This document shows, piece by piece, positions 19,141 to 27,563 of a stretch of DNA of 64,000 nt. The notes under the pieces were generated by a model. It was not told where the DNA came from. It made no database searches and saw only the letters and a program-made list of their open reading frames with translations. Made by a program: the position numbers and the translations under genes. Positions within the stretch are counted from its first letter, which is position 1. Each line of letters opens with the position of its first letter. Source of the stretch: a virus; the IMG/VR virus record IMGVR_UViG_3300043640_000137, positions 1-64,000 of that record. One strand, written 5' to 3'.

Positions 19141-19365
19141 ATGTCCGTTCTCAAGCATACCGCTCGCAAGGCGCTGAAGCCCTCGGACTTCGCGCTGCCT
19201 CCTAACGGATATCCGATCGAGGATATGTCGCACGCCCGGAACGCCGATGCGCGGGCCGCTCAGGAATACAAGGCCGGCAAGCTCTCGAAGAAGGATGAGC
19301 AGACCGTCTTCAGCAAGGTTCACAGCCGATATCCGTCCATCCGGCAGAACGGCCCGATGGCGTAA
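19141..19365 (+). CDS. Small basic head-region protein (DUF6582-like)
   Basis: R.AL..SDFALP...YPIEDMSHARNA.AR; GGAGG SD. Confidence 0.7.
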   Translation: MSVLKHTARKALKPSDFALPPNGYPIEDMSHARNADARAAQEYKAGKLSKKDEQTVFSKVHSRYPSIRQNGPMA

Positions 19366-19426
19366 CGAGTTCGCAACCGAGGTCGCAGGGAATCAACCCA
19401 GCGGCCTCTTCCAATCGGAGATGATG

Positions 19427-20248
19427 ATGTGGAATTTCAAGAAGAATGCTGTCGTGACCGACTTAGAATCGGTGCCCGAGCAGTACCGTGGTCTCTATGT
19501 CGAGGGCACGGGCGAGAACGCCGGCAAGTTCGTGGTCAGCCCGGTCGTGGTGCAGCTTGCCAACGACTACGACGGCGTGAACACCGCGCTCGCGGATGAG
19601 CGCAACAAATCGAAGAACAAGAACACGGAAGCGGCGACGTTCCGCACGCAACTCACGAAGTTCCAGGAGCTTGCGCAGTCGCTCGGCCTCACGGTCGAGG
19701 AAGGCGCCGATCTGGCCGAGATTCTGAAAGGCCACGTCGATGGCCTGAGCGATCAGGTCAAGGGCGGCAAAGAGGCCAAGATCAATCTCGACAAGGTGAA
19801 CGCCGAGTGGACCAAGAAGCTCGGCACCGCGGTCGATAGCGAGAAGGGCAAGACCTCGAAGATGCAGAACTCCCTCGAACGGCATCTGATCGGTCAGGCC
19901 GCGACCGCCGCGCTGGCGTCTGCCGGTGGCAGCACCGAGCTTCTGCTGCCGCATGTTCGGACGAGCGTGAAGGTCGTGCAGGACGGTGAGGACTTTGTTG
20001 CTCGGGTCGTCGATGGCCAGGGCGACATCCGTACCAACGGCGCGGGCCAGCCGATGTCGGTCGCCGAACTCGTTGCCGAGATGAAGACGCAGGCGTCGTT
20101 TGCGCCGGCATTCAAATCCGAAGTCAAGGGCGGCTCCGGCAAGCAGCCGGGCACCGAGCGTCCGGCGTTGAAGCTCGGCCAGGGCGAAGCGAAGACGGCC
20201 AACGACAAGATCGCGGCGGGTCTCGCGGCTCGCGGCGTCAAAGAATAA
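19427..20248 (+). CDS. Capsid scaffolding protein
   Basis: VPEQYRGLY, coiled coil, LLPHV, C-terminal KIAAGL; precedes capsid; GGAG SD at 19417. Confidence 0.85.
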   Translation: MWNFKKNAVVTDLESVPEQYRGLYVEGTGENAGKFVVSPVVVQLANDYDGVNTALADERNKSKNKNTEAATFRTQLTKFQELAQSLGLTVEEGADLAEILKGHVDGLSDQVKGGKEAKINLDKVNAEWTKKLGTAVDSEKGKTSKMQNSLERHLIGQAATAALASAGGSTELLLPHVRTSVKVVQDGEDFVARVVDGQGDIRTNGAGQPMSVAELVAEMKTQASFAPAFKSEVKGGSGKQPGTERPALKLGQGEAKTANDKIAAGLAARGVKE

Positions 20249-20478
20249 AGACAGCTTCAGACGGGATAAGGGAGAGCGGCGTCAGGCAGCTACATTCTTC
20301 TGCTTGACAGCTACTCTCTCTTATGGTTAATATCGTAAAGTAGCTGGCGTGCTCCGTGCCGTGCGTGAGGCTGGATCGGACACGAGGACGAGATCGCTGC
20401 TGCGCCGGTTGAGCCGGACAGCGCGGGCCGACCTCAGAGCCGACGTCCCAACGCAACACGATTTCATGGAGCGCCATC

Positions 20479-21450
20479 ATGGCTTCAGTAACTCTCGCCG
20501 AGTCGTCCAAACTGTCTCAGGACCAGTTGGTCCAGGGCGTCATCGAGAACATCATCACGGTCGATCGTTTCTTCGACGTGCTGCCGTTCGACGGTATTTC
20601 GGGCAATGCTCTCGCGTACGATCGCGAAAACACGCTGGCCACTGTCGCGACGACCGGCGTCGGCGATGCGGACGGCGCGATTGGTCCGACCGCTTCGGGC
20701 ACCAATTCGACCGAGCGCTTGGCCGCGAAGAGTGCCGCGACCTTCACGCAGGTCACTTCGACCCTGACGACCATCATGGGCGATGCCGAGGTCAACGGCC
20801 TCATCCAGGCGACCCGTTCGAACCAGAACAACCAGACGTCGGTGCAGATCGCGTCGAAGTCGAAGGCGGCCGGTCGCAAGTTCCGCGACATGCTGATCAA
20901 CGGCGACGGCACCAACTTCACCTTCGCGGGCTTGCTCGCGCTCTGCGGCTCCGATCAGGTCGTGCTGGCCGGCGGCACCCTGGGCACGCAGGCGGCCCTC
21001 GCGTTCGAAGACATGGACGCTGTGATGGACCTCGTGGTCGATAAGGACGGTCAGGTCGATTACCTCGTGATGCACGCCCGCACGCTGCGCAGCTACAAAG
21101 CCCTGCTGCGCGCGCTCGGCGGCGCCAACATCGGCGAAGTGGTCCAGTTGCCGTCCGGTGCGGAAGTGCCCGCCTACAGCGGCGTGCCGATCTTCCGTAA
21201 CGACTTCGTGCCGGTCAATCAGACGGTCTCGACCTCCACGGCCACCAGTGTCATCGCTGGCACGCTGGACGATGGCTCGCGCAAGCAGGGCATCGCCGGT
21301 CTGACAGCCGACAGCGCCGCGGGCCTCATGGTCGAAGACGTCGGCGTCTCGCAGACCAAGGACGAGCGCATCTGGCGTGTCAAATGGTACTGCGGCCTCG
21401 CCCTCTTCTCCGAAAAGGGCCTCGCGATGCTGACCCAGGTCAGCAACTAA
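20479..21450 (+). CDS. Major capsid protein
   Basis: MASVTLAESSKLSQD..VQGVIE...LPFDGI.GNALAYDRE; RVKWYCGLALF. Confidence 0.9.
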   Translation: MASVTLAESSKLSQDQLVQGVIENIITVDRFFDVLPFDGISGNALAYDRENTLATVATTGVGDADGAIGPTASGTNSTERLAAKSAATFTQVTSTLTTIMGDAEVNGLIQATRSNQNNQTSVQIASKSKAAGRKFRDMLINGDGTNFTFAGLLALCGSDQVVLAGGTLGTQAALAFEDMDAVMDLVVDKDGQVDYLVMHARTLRSYKALLRALGGANIGEVVQLPSGAEVPAYSGVPIFRNDFVPVNQTVSTSTATSVIAGTLDDGSRKQGIAGLTADSAAGLMVEDVGVSQTKDERIWRVKWYCGLALFSEKGLAMLTQVSN

Positions 21451-21464
21451 AGCAGACAGGAGAT

Positions 21465-21492
21465 GGGGCGGCTTCGGCCGCCCCTCTTACTT
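21465..21492 (+). terminator. Intrinsic terminator after the capsid gene
   Basis: GGGGCGGC-TTCG-GCCGCCCC followed by TCTTACTT. Confidence 0.7.
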
Positions 21493-21530
21493 CCAAGACC
21501 CTGCATTAAAGTGGGGCTGTGGAGAGATAG

Positions 21531-22196
21531 ATGGTAGATTTACAGCGCGTCGAACTCGTGCTCGTCGGGCCTTATGCCGGCAAGACGATCACCCTCAACG
21601 GACATCGCTACGTGGGCGGCATCGCCCGGATCGACGTTCGAGCGGAGCAGATTGAATTGCTTCTTCGGTCAGCGGCGCGCAGCTACAACGCGTACCCAGC
21701 AGGATCGGAAGCGCTGGCGCAGGCACAAGAGCGGAGCAGGGGCAATGGGCGCGCTGGTACTGACGAAGCGAAAGGGTCTGAAGATCGGCGACTACAGCCT
21801 GCTCTCGGCGAAGTTCGTCTCCGGCCCGAGCATCCCGCAGCCCAAGTACCAGACGTACACGGGCGCGGAGATGATGCAGATTCGCGAAGTGCCGTTTGGG
21901 ATAGTGCCAATCGGGACCGATACGCGGACACCCGGATACCTCGGCAAGCGCACCACGGGGAACACGCGGAGCACCATTCGGCCGCAGGGCCGGAGGTAAA
22001 CCTGAAGCTGCTGGCGTCCGTCAGGTCGCTCGATCACGACAACGATGAACTCTGGACCGCAGAGGGGCTGCCGAAGCTGAGCGCCGTCGAAGAAGCGTAC
22101 GGCAGCGCCGGGCTCACGCGCGAGGACGTCGAGACGGTGGCGCCGGCATGGAGCCGCGAGAAGGCATCCGCGGCAGCGCTCGACGCCCTGTTCTGA
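21531..22196 (+). CDS. Head-region protein: two folded ends joined by a linker
   Basis: GGAG SD; C-terminal LD.DNDE.WT.EGLP.L.AVE.....TR.DV domain. Confidence 0.75.
   Translation: MVDLQRVELVLVGPYAGKTITLNGHRYVGGIARIDVRAEQIELLLRSAARSYNAYPAGSEALAQAQERSRGNGRAGTDEAKGSEDRRLQPALGEVRLRPEHPAAQVPDVHGRGDDADSRSAVWDSANRDRYADTRIPRQAHHGEHAEHHSAAGPEVNLKLLASVRSLDHDNDELWTAEGLPKLSAVEEAYGSAGLTREDVETVAPAWSREKASAAALDALF
21745..21999 (+). CDS. Nested out-of-frame gene, 84-aa basic protein
   Basis: GGAGCAGGGG before ATG; GC3-rich codons in this frame where the outer ORF reads as a linker. Confidence 0.6.
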   Translation: MGALVLTKRKGLKIGDYSLLSAKFVSGPSIPQPKYQTYTGAEMMQIREVPFGIVPIGTDTRTPGYLGKRTTGNTRSTIRPQGRR

Positions 22197-22269
22197 GACA
22201 CAGGCTTGCAAAAAAGCTGCTTGTGAGCTACTATCACTGTCTGACCAACCTTTTTCGACGGAGAGCCAT

Positions 22270-22605
22270 ATGACCGTTACCCCGAAGACCTATCTGTTCG
22301 AGCACACTGCCAACATGGGCGGCCATACGGTCGATGGTATCACCGCCATGATCGCCGTCGTCGATCACGCGATCGACACCACCGATGCGCTCAAAAAGGC
22401 GCGCGCTGTGACGCTCGCGAATACCGCCGGCCGCGCCGTGCCGGTCGGCTACTTCGACACGCTGAAGCTCCTGAACGCGGCGCCGGTTGCGAGCGAGTTC
22501 TGGATCGCGGTCGGCGACAATACCGTGCTCGGTCGCTTCCAGACCGACGAGACGATCGCGACCGTTGCGTCCGGTGTCGAGCAGGAAACGGCCGTCAACG
22601 ACTAA
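22270..22605 (+). CDS. Putative virion (decoration) protein
   Basis: GGAG SD; strong codon bias; own terminator. Confidence 0.6.
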   Translation: MTVTPKTYLFEHTANMGGHTVDGITAMIAVVDHAIDTTDALKKARAVTLANTAGRAVPVGYFDTLKLLNAAPVASEFWIAVGDNTVLGRFQTDETIATVASGVEQETAVND

Positions 22606-22628
22606 CGGTCAGCGCCCGCTCTCTTGGG

Positions 22629-22663
22629 AGACGGTGGGGTTCGCGCCTCACCGTCTTTTCTTT
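22629..22663 (+). terminator. Intrinsic terminator
   Basis: AGACGGTGGGG-loop-CCTCACCGTCT then TTTCTTT. Confidence 0.7.
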
Positions 22664-22680
22664 CGAAAGGTGCCTGAGCG

Positions 22681-23337
22681 ATGGCCGCGACTTTCACGAT
22701 CGAAGATGGGTCCGGCATCGCAAACGCGAATGCCTATTCGCCGGTCGTCTTCGTTGACGACTACCACGACTCCTGTGGCAACTCCGTCTGGCAGACGCTC
22801 GACGATAGCACGAAGACGACCTCGATCGTCCGCGCCACCTTCTACATCGACAAGCGGTTCGGCCGCAAATTCCGTGGGTACAAACAGAACATCCAGCAGC
22901 CGTTGCAGTGGCCGCGTCTCGACGCGTTCGACGACTCCGGCTTCATGTACGGCAATGACGGCAAGCTGCCGTTGCAACTCCTGAAGGCGTGCGCCGAGTA
23001 CGCGCTACGCGCCGCGCTCTATATGACGCTGGCACCTGATCCGCTGCTGCCGGCTCCGGCGCAGGACCTCTCCGATGCCGCGGGTCCGCGCGCAACCGAA
23101 ACAATCTCCGGCACCGTCACGCGCAAGCTGCAACGGGTCGGCCCGCTCGAAGAAGAGACTGCGTACGAGACCAACGCGATGTCGCTCTCGCGCCGGCAGG
23201 GCACCGAGGGCAACCGCGTCGTTCAATCCACGCTCGTCAACGACTTCAACATTCCCGAATATCCCGAGGCCGATATGTGGCTCGAAGAGCTTATTCGCAC
23301 CGGCGGGGTTGCAGCGTCGCTGAGCCGAGGCGATTAA
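22681..23337 (+). CDS. Head-tail adaptor (DnaT-like family)
   Basis: IEDGSG..NANAY...RAT.YID...F.G.K....Q.L.WPR...ACAEYALRA. Confidence 0.85.
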   Translation: MAATFTIEDGSGIANANAYSPVVFVDDYHDSCGNSVWQTLDDSTKTTSIVRATFYIDKRFGRKFRGYKQNIQQPLQWPRLDAFDDSGFMYGNDGKLPLQLLKACAEYALRAALYMTLAPDPLLPAPAQDLSDAAGPRATETISGTVTRKLQRVGPLEEETAYETNAMSLSRRQGTEGNRVVQSTLVNDFNIPEYPEADMWLEELIRTGGVAASLSRGD

Positions 23338-23340
23338 GCA

Positions 23341-23715
23341 ATGGCCATAGATTACACCAAGTTCGCGACGCTGGCGCAGACGCTCATCAACGCGAATGGG
23401 CGCACGCTTACGATCTCGCTACGACCGCGCGCCGCCGCCGACGCGACGAAGCCGTGGGACGGCCCGAACGTCGCCGCCTCGACGAACATCAATGTGCTCG
23501 GCGTCTTCGATAAGACGGAGCAGACCGACAAGAAGGGCGATCTCGTGCGCGACGGCATCATGGTCGCATATGTCGCCGCGGCCGACACTGATCCCGCGCT
23601 CGTCGAGCAGTACGACATGCTCACGGACGGGACTGATACCTGGAAGATCGAGAGCGTGCAGATCATCGCGCCGGGCGCGACGCGCATCCTTTACGTCCTC
23701 ACCTTGAAATCGTGA
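23341..23715 (+). CDS. Head closure / head-tail joining protein
   Basis: A..LI...GR...KPW; W.I..V..I.PG...ILY.L. Confidence 0.75.
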   Translation: MAIDYTKFATLAQTLINANGRTLTISLRPRAAADATKPWDGPNVAASTNINVLGVFDKTEQTDKKGDLVRDGIMVAYVAAADTDPALVEQYDMLTDGTDTWKIESVQIIAPGATRILYVLTLKS

Positions 23716-23726
23716 GCTATTGAACG

Positions 23727-24164
23727 ATGCCCTATGCCTCAATCAATGCCGCCGAAGACGCGATCCTCACGCTGTTTAAGACGGCGTGGGATCAGGTCTC
23801 GCCTCCCGTGCCGGCAGTCTACGACAACGTAGCGCAGGAAGCCCCTCGCGCCGGCACCACATGGGTTCGGGTGCAGATCAAGCACAACCCCGGAGCCGGT
23901 GGCCAGACGACGATCGGCGGCGCCCCCGGAGCCAAGCGGTTCACCCGGTACGGGCACGTCGTCTGCGAGCTATTCGTGCCGACTGGCAAGGGCAAGTCCG
24001 CCTACACCAACCTCACCGATACGCTGCTTGCGATATTCGAAGGCAAAACGGCCAGTTTCGGCGGCGCGTTCTTCTACAACGTGCGCCCGAGCGAGGTCGG
24101 CCAGGACTGCGACTGGTTCCAGGTCAACGTCCTCGCAGAGTTCCAGTGGGACCAAATACGCTAA
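23727..24164 (+). CDS. Tail terminator-like protein
   Basis: YDN....P....WVRV....G.V...LFVP.G.G...WFQVNV..EF. Confidence 0.75.
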   Translation: MPYASINAAEDAILTLFKTAWDQVSPPVPAVYDNVAQEAPRAGTTWVRVQIKHNPGAGGQTTIGGAPGAKRFTRYGHVVCELFVPTGKGKSAYTNLTDTLLAIFEGKTASFGGAFFYNVRPSEVGQDCDWFQVNVLAEFQWDQIR

Positions 24165-24263
24165 TGTAGCTTCCCAGCTTGACTAACAGGCTGGATAGCT
24201 AGTAACTTACCCTAAGAAGCCCTGGCGCCCGCCTTTAGGCCGGCTTGCTATTGGAGATCGCAG

Positions 24264-25814
24264 ATGACCGTTTTGAAAAAAATCGACTCCAACGTCACGG
24301 GGCTCAGCTACGCAGAGGAAGCCAGCCTGGGCGTCCTTCCTGGCAGTCCAGTTTGGGTTCCGATGGAGCCGAACACCTACTCCAATTTCGGCGGTCAGCT
24401 TACGACCGTCGCGCGCGAGCCGATCAACGCCGGCCGCCAGCGTCGCAAAGGCACCGTGGTCGATCTCTCGGCCGGTGGCTCGATCAACACCGATCTCACG
24501 CAAACCAATATCCAAGACCTGCTTCAGGGCTTCTTCTTCGCCGACCTCCGCAAGAAGTACGAGCACGCTGCGTCGGCCGTCACGACCGGCCCGAACCTGT
24601 ACGATGTCGCTTCAACCGCGGGTGTCGTGGCCGGTTCGCTCCTGTTCGCGAGCGGCTTCACGAACGCGGCCAACAATGGTCTGCACACGGTCGCGAGCCT
24701 CGTCGCCAGTACCTCGGTCACGGTGACGGAAGCAACTGCGGCCGAGGGTTCGCCGCCGGCAACCAATTTGCTTGTGCGCGTCGGTCATGAAGGGGCTTCG
24801 GGCGACCTCACCATCGACGTGAGCGGCACGCTACCGGCGATGAAGAGCACGACGCTTGATTTCACCACGCTCGGGCTGGTTCCCGGTGAGTGGCTGTTCA
24901 TCGGCGGTGACACGTCTGACACTCAGTTCCTCAACGCGGTAAATAGCGGCTTCGCGCGCATCCATTCGGTCGCGGCGCATCAGATCAACTTGGACAAGGT
25001 GCAGGACACCTTCGTCACCGATGCAGGCACCGCCAAGACCGTCCAGTTCTTCTTCGGTCGCGTGCTGAAGAACGAAGCCAACGATCCGACGCTGATCAAG
25101 CGCCGCACATATCACATCGAGCGCACGTTGGGCGTACCCGATGATGCGCTGCCGAGCGGCGTGCAGGCCGAGTACCTGATCGGCTCCGTGCCGAGCACCG
25201 CCAAGTTCAACTTCAAGACGGCGGCGAAGATCGACCTCGACTTGGATTTCGTCGGCACCGACAATACCCAGGTCTCGAACACCGATGGGTTGCTCGCGGG
25301 CGACCGCCCGGTGCTTGTCTCGGCAGACGCCTTCAACACGTCGAGCGACTTTGCCCGACTGAAGATGTCGGTCCTCGATCCGGCGTCGTCGAACCCCTCG
25401 CCGCTGTTCGCCTTCCTGAGCGACTTCACCGTGACGATCGACAACAAGCTCTCGCCGAACAAGGCGATCTCCGTGCTCGGCGCGTTCGAAGTCACCGCCG
25501 GCTTCTTCAACGTCGATGCGACGGCGACCGCCTACTTCAGCGAGGTTGCGGCGGTCCAGGCCGTGCGCGACAACGCCGACGTGACGATCGACTACGCGCT
25601 CGTGAAGAACGAGACCGTGGGTTTGGAGACCGTCGCGCAGGGCATCGTCATGGACATCCCGCTCGTCTCGCTCGGTGACGGCCGCTTGAACGTCGCGATC
25701 AATGCGCCGATCACGCTCGCGCTCACGATCCCGGCCGCTGGCGATCGGGTGTTCAATCACACGATGTTGATGTCGTTCTTCGATTATCTGCCGCAGGCGG
25801 CGTTGCCGGCGTGA
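24264..25814 (+). CDS. Major tail tube protein
   Basis: KIDSNVTGL.YAEE.SLG.LP..PVW..MEPN.YS.FGG...VAR.PIN..RQR.KG; 516 aa. Confidence 0.85.
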   Translation: MTVLKKIDSNVTGLSYAEEASLGVLPGSPVWVPMEPNTYSNFGGQLTTVAREPINAGRQRRKGTVVDLSAGGSINTDLTQTNIQDLLQGFFFADLRKKYEHAASAVTTGPNLYDVASTAGVVAGSLLFASGFTNAANNGLHTVASLVASTSVTVTEATAAEGSPPATNLLVRVGHEGASGDLTIDVSGTLPAMKSTTLDFTTLGLVPGEWLFIGGDTSDTQFLNAVNSGFARIHSVAAHQINLDKVQDTFVTDAGTAKTVQFFFGRVLKNEANDPTLIKRRTYHIERTLGVPDDALPSGVQAEYLIGSVPSTAKFNFKTAAKIDLDLDFVGTDNTQVSNTDGLLAGDRPVLVSADAFNTSSDFARLKMSVLDPASSNPSPLFAFLSDFTVTIDNKLSPNKAISVLGAFEVTAGFFNVDATATAYFSEVAAVQAVRDNADVTIDYALVKNETVGLETVAQGIVMDIPLVSLGDGRLNVAINAPITLALTIPAAGDRVFNHTMLMSFFDYLPQAALPA

Positions 25815-25923
25815 TCGGTGACGGCGGAAGCGTGATCTGAAATTCGGTCAAGGCCGGCTTCCGGTCTTAGGCCATAAAAAAGGGTGCCGGCTACGGCATG
25901 CACCCGCATAACCAGGAGACGGG

Positions 25924-26433
25924 ATGATGATGAGCGATACGAAAGATGACGAGGTAGTGCGCCAGATCGAGCACGAAGACGTGCGTGCGGAAGTCGTCGA
26001 GGCGTTCCCGCCGAAGAAGTCGATCTACGACGTGTTCGGCACCGATACCGCGCGGGAGAAGAGCGGCGCGGTCTTCGAATATGGAGACATCAAAGTGCGT
26101 GTGGCGCGAGCCGGCGGCGCCAATGATCGCTTCACCCGCCTCACGATCCAGAAGATGCAGCCGTACCGCCGCATGCTTCAGGCACAGCAGAACAAGCTCG
26201 ACGCCAACACGATCGCCCTCCTGCGGACGATTCAGACCGAGGTCTTCGCGGAGACTGTCGTGCTCGGATGGGACGGCATCGCCGATCGCGAAGGCAAAGA
26301 CATCCCGTTCTCGAAGGTGAACTGTCTGCAACTGCTTCAGCAGCTTCCCGACTTCTTCGACCAGCTATCCGGCTTCGCTCAGGACATGAGCAACTTCCAG
26401 AGCAGCGTGGACGAAAGCGACGTAAAAAACTAA
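25924..26433 (+). CDS. Tail assembly chaperone (gpG-like)
   Basis: RVARAGGAN...FAETVVLGW...LPDFF; ends at slippery A AAA AAC TAA. Confidence 0.85.
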   Translation: MMMSDTKDDEVVRQIEHEDVRAEVVEAFPPKKSIYDVFGTDTAREKSGAVFEYGDIKVRVARAGGANDRFTRLTIQKMQPYRRMLQAQQNKLDANTIALLRTIQTEVFAETVVLGWDGIADREGKDIPFSKVNCLQLLQQLPDFFDQLSGFAQDMSNFQSSVDESDVKN

Positions 26434-26771
26434 CCGACGTCCTTCTCTACGACTTAGAGCAAGGACAGGTTGAAGAGATCATCGTCCGGCAGGCGGTGCG
26501 GAACAAGACGGCGGTCCCCGAAAAGGTCGCCAACGCACCGTCGCTCCTGCCTGGGCTGGATTTTTTCTACACGGCGTTCCTCCAACTCTGCACATGCAGG
26601 GCGATTGGCTTCAGTGTCGGGCCGATCCCCTGGACCGCAGTCAGCGAATACGCGCGCCGGCACCAATTGATCGACGATGACTTCGAGACCTTCGCGGTGG
26701 TGTTGAAACGCCTCGATAGCGTCTACCTCGATCACCAGGACAAGAAGCGGCAAAAAGACCAGAAGAAGTAG
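26424..26771 (+). CDS. Tail assembly chaperone -1 frameshift extension (gpGT-like)
   Basis: AAAAAAC at 26424-26430; -1 frame continues KLTDVLLY...GPIPWTAV...LD..YL. Confidence 0.8.
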   Translation, partial: KKLTDVLLYDLEQGQVEEIIVRQAVRNKTAVPEKVANAPSLLPGLDFFYTAFLQLCTCRAIGFSVGPIPWTAVSEYARRHQLIDDDFETFAVVLKRLDSVYLDHQDKKRQKDQKK

Positions 26772-26839
26772 CTGGTAAACGGCTAGGCAGCCTGTTAATC
26801 TAGCTGTCCATCCACTTTATGTAGCTGCGGGAGGGAGTC

Positions 26840-27283
26840 ATGGTTTCGATCGCGCTCTTCCCGCAACGCATGAACCTCCGGGCGTCCCAGGTGATAGCCG
26901 CGGCGACGCGCGCGGTCCAGGCGGCGGCCAAGGTCGCGGTGAAGACCGTTACCGAGACCACGCCGGCAGACACCGGGCAGGCACGCTCGAACTGGATCAC
27001 GACTCGCGACATCAAGTTCACCGGCACGATCCCGGCGTACTCGCCCGGCAGCCATCTCGGCATCGGTGAAAGTGCGAATGCCGGCGCTGCGCAGGCGCAA
27101 GGCAACATCGCGATCGACAGCTTCAATGCGAAGTCGAACAAGAGCGTCATCATCCAGAACAACCTCCCGTACATCGAAGGGCTCAACGACGGCTCGGTCT
27201 CGCGCCAGTCGAGCCAGATGGTTCCGCGGGCTTTGCAGGCGGCCGTTGTCGCCGTGAAGGCCATCAAGATTTTCGGGGATTGA
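26840..27283 (+). CDS. Neck / tail completion protein (HK97 gp10-like)
   Basis: TPADTGQARSNW; I.NNLPYI..LNDG..S.Q. Confidence 0.8.
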   Translation: MVSIALFPQRMNLRASQVIAAATRAVQAAAKVAVKTVTETTPADTGQARSNWITTRDIKFTGTIPAYSPGSHLGIGESANAGAAQAQGNIAIDSFNAKSNKSVIIQNNLPYIEGLNDGSVSRQSSQMVPRALQAAVVAVKAIKIFGD

Positions 27284-27558
27284 TCATGGGCTACCCGCAA
27301 GCTTTTGCCCTTCTCGGCGCAAAAACGCAAACCTACATCGCGGCTGCGATGGTCTCGAAGCGTCTCGACACGCCGAACTCGCTTGTCTCGGCGGTCGTCG
27401 AAGGGCTCAGCAAGGCGACAATTGACGGGATGGACAGCGGCGCGCTGTGCAAGCGTATGCCGGGCCTCGACGTTGTGACGCCGGTTGCGATCGAAGCGCT
27501 GCTCGTCAGCGGCACCGTGCCGGCGACTGCCGACACGTTTGAAGCGGCGTTGCCGTAA
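27280..27558 (+). CDS. Hypothetical protein
   Basis: 92 aa, fills the gap before the tape measure gene. Confidence 0.55.
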   Translation: MIMGYPQAFALLGAKTQTYIAAAMVSKRLDTPNSLVSAVVEGLSKATIDGMDSGALCKRMPGLDVVTPVAIEALLVSGTVPATADTFEAALP

Positions 27559-27563
27559 CCGCC

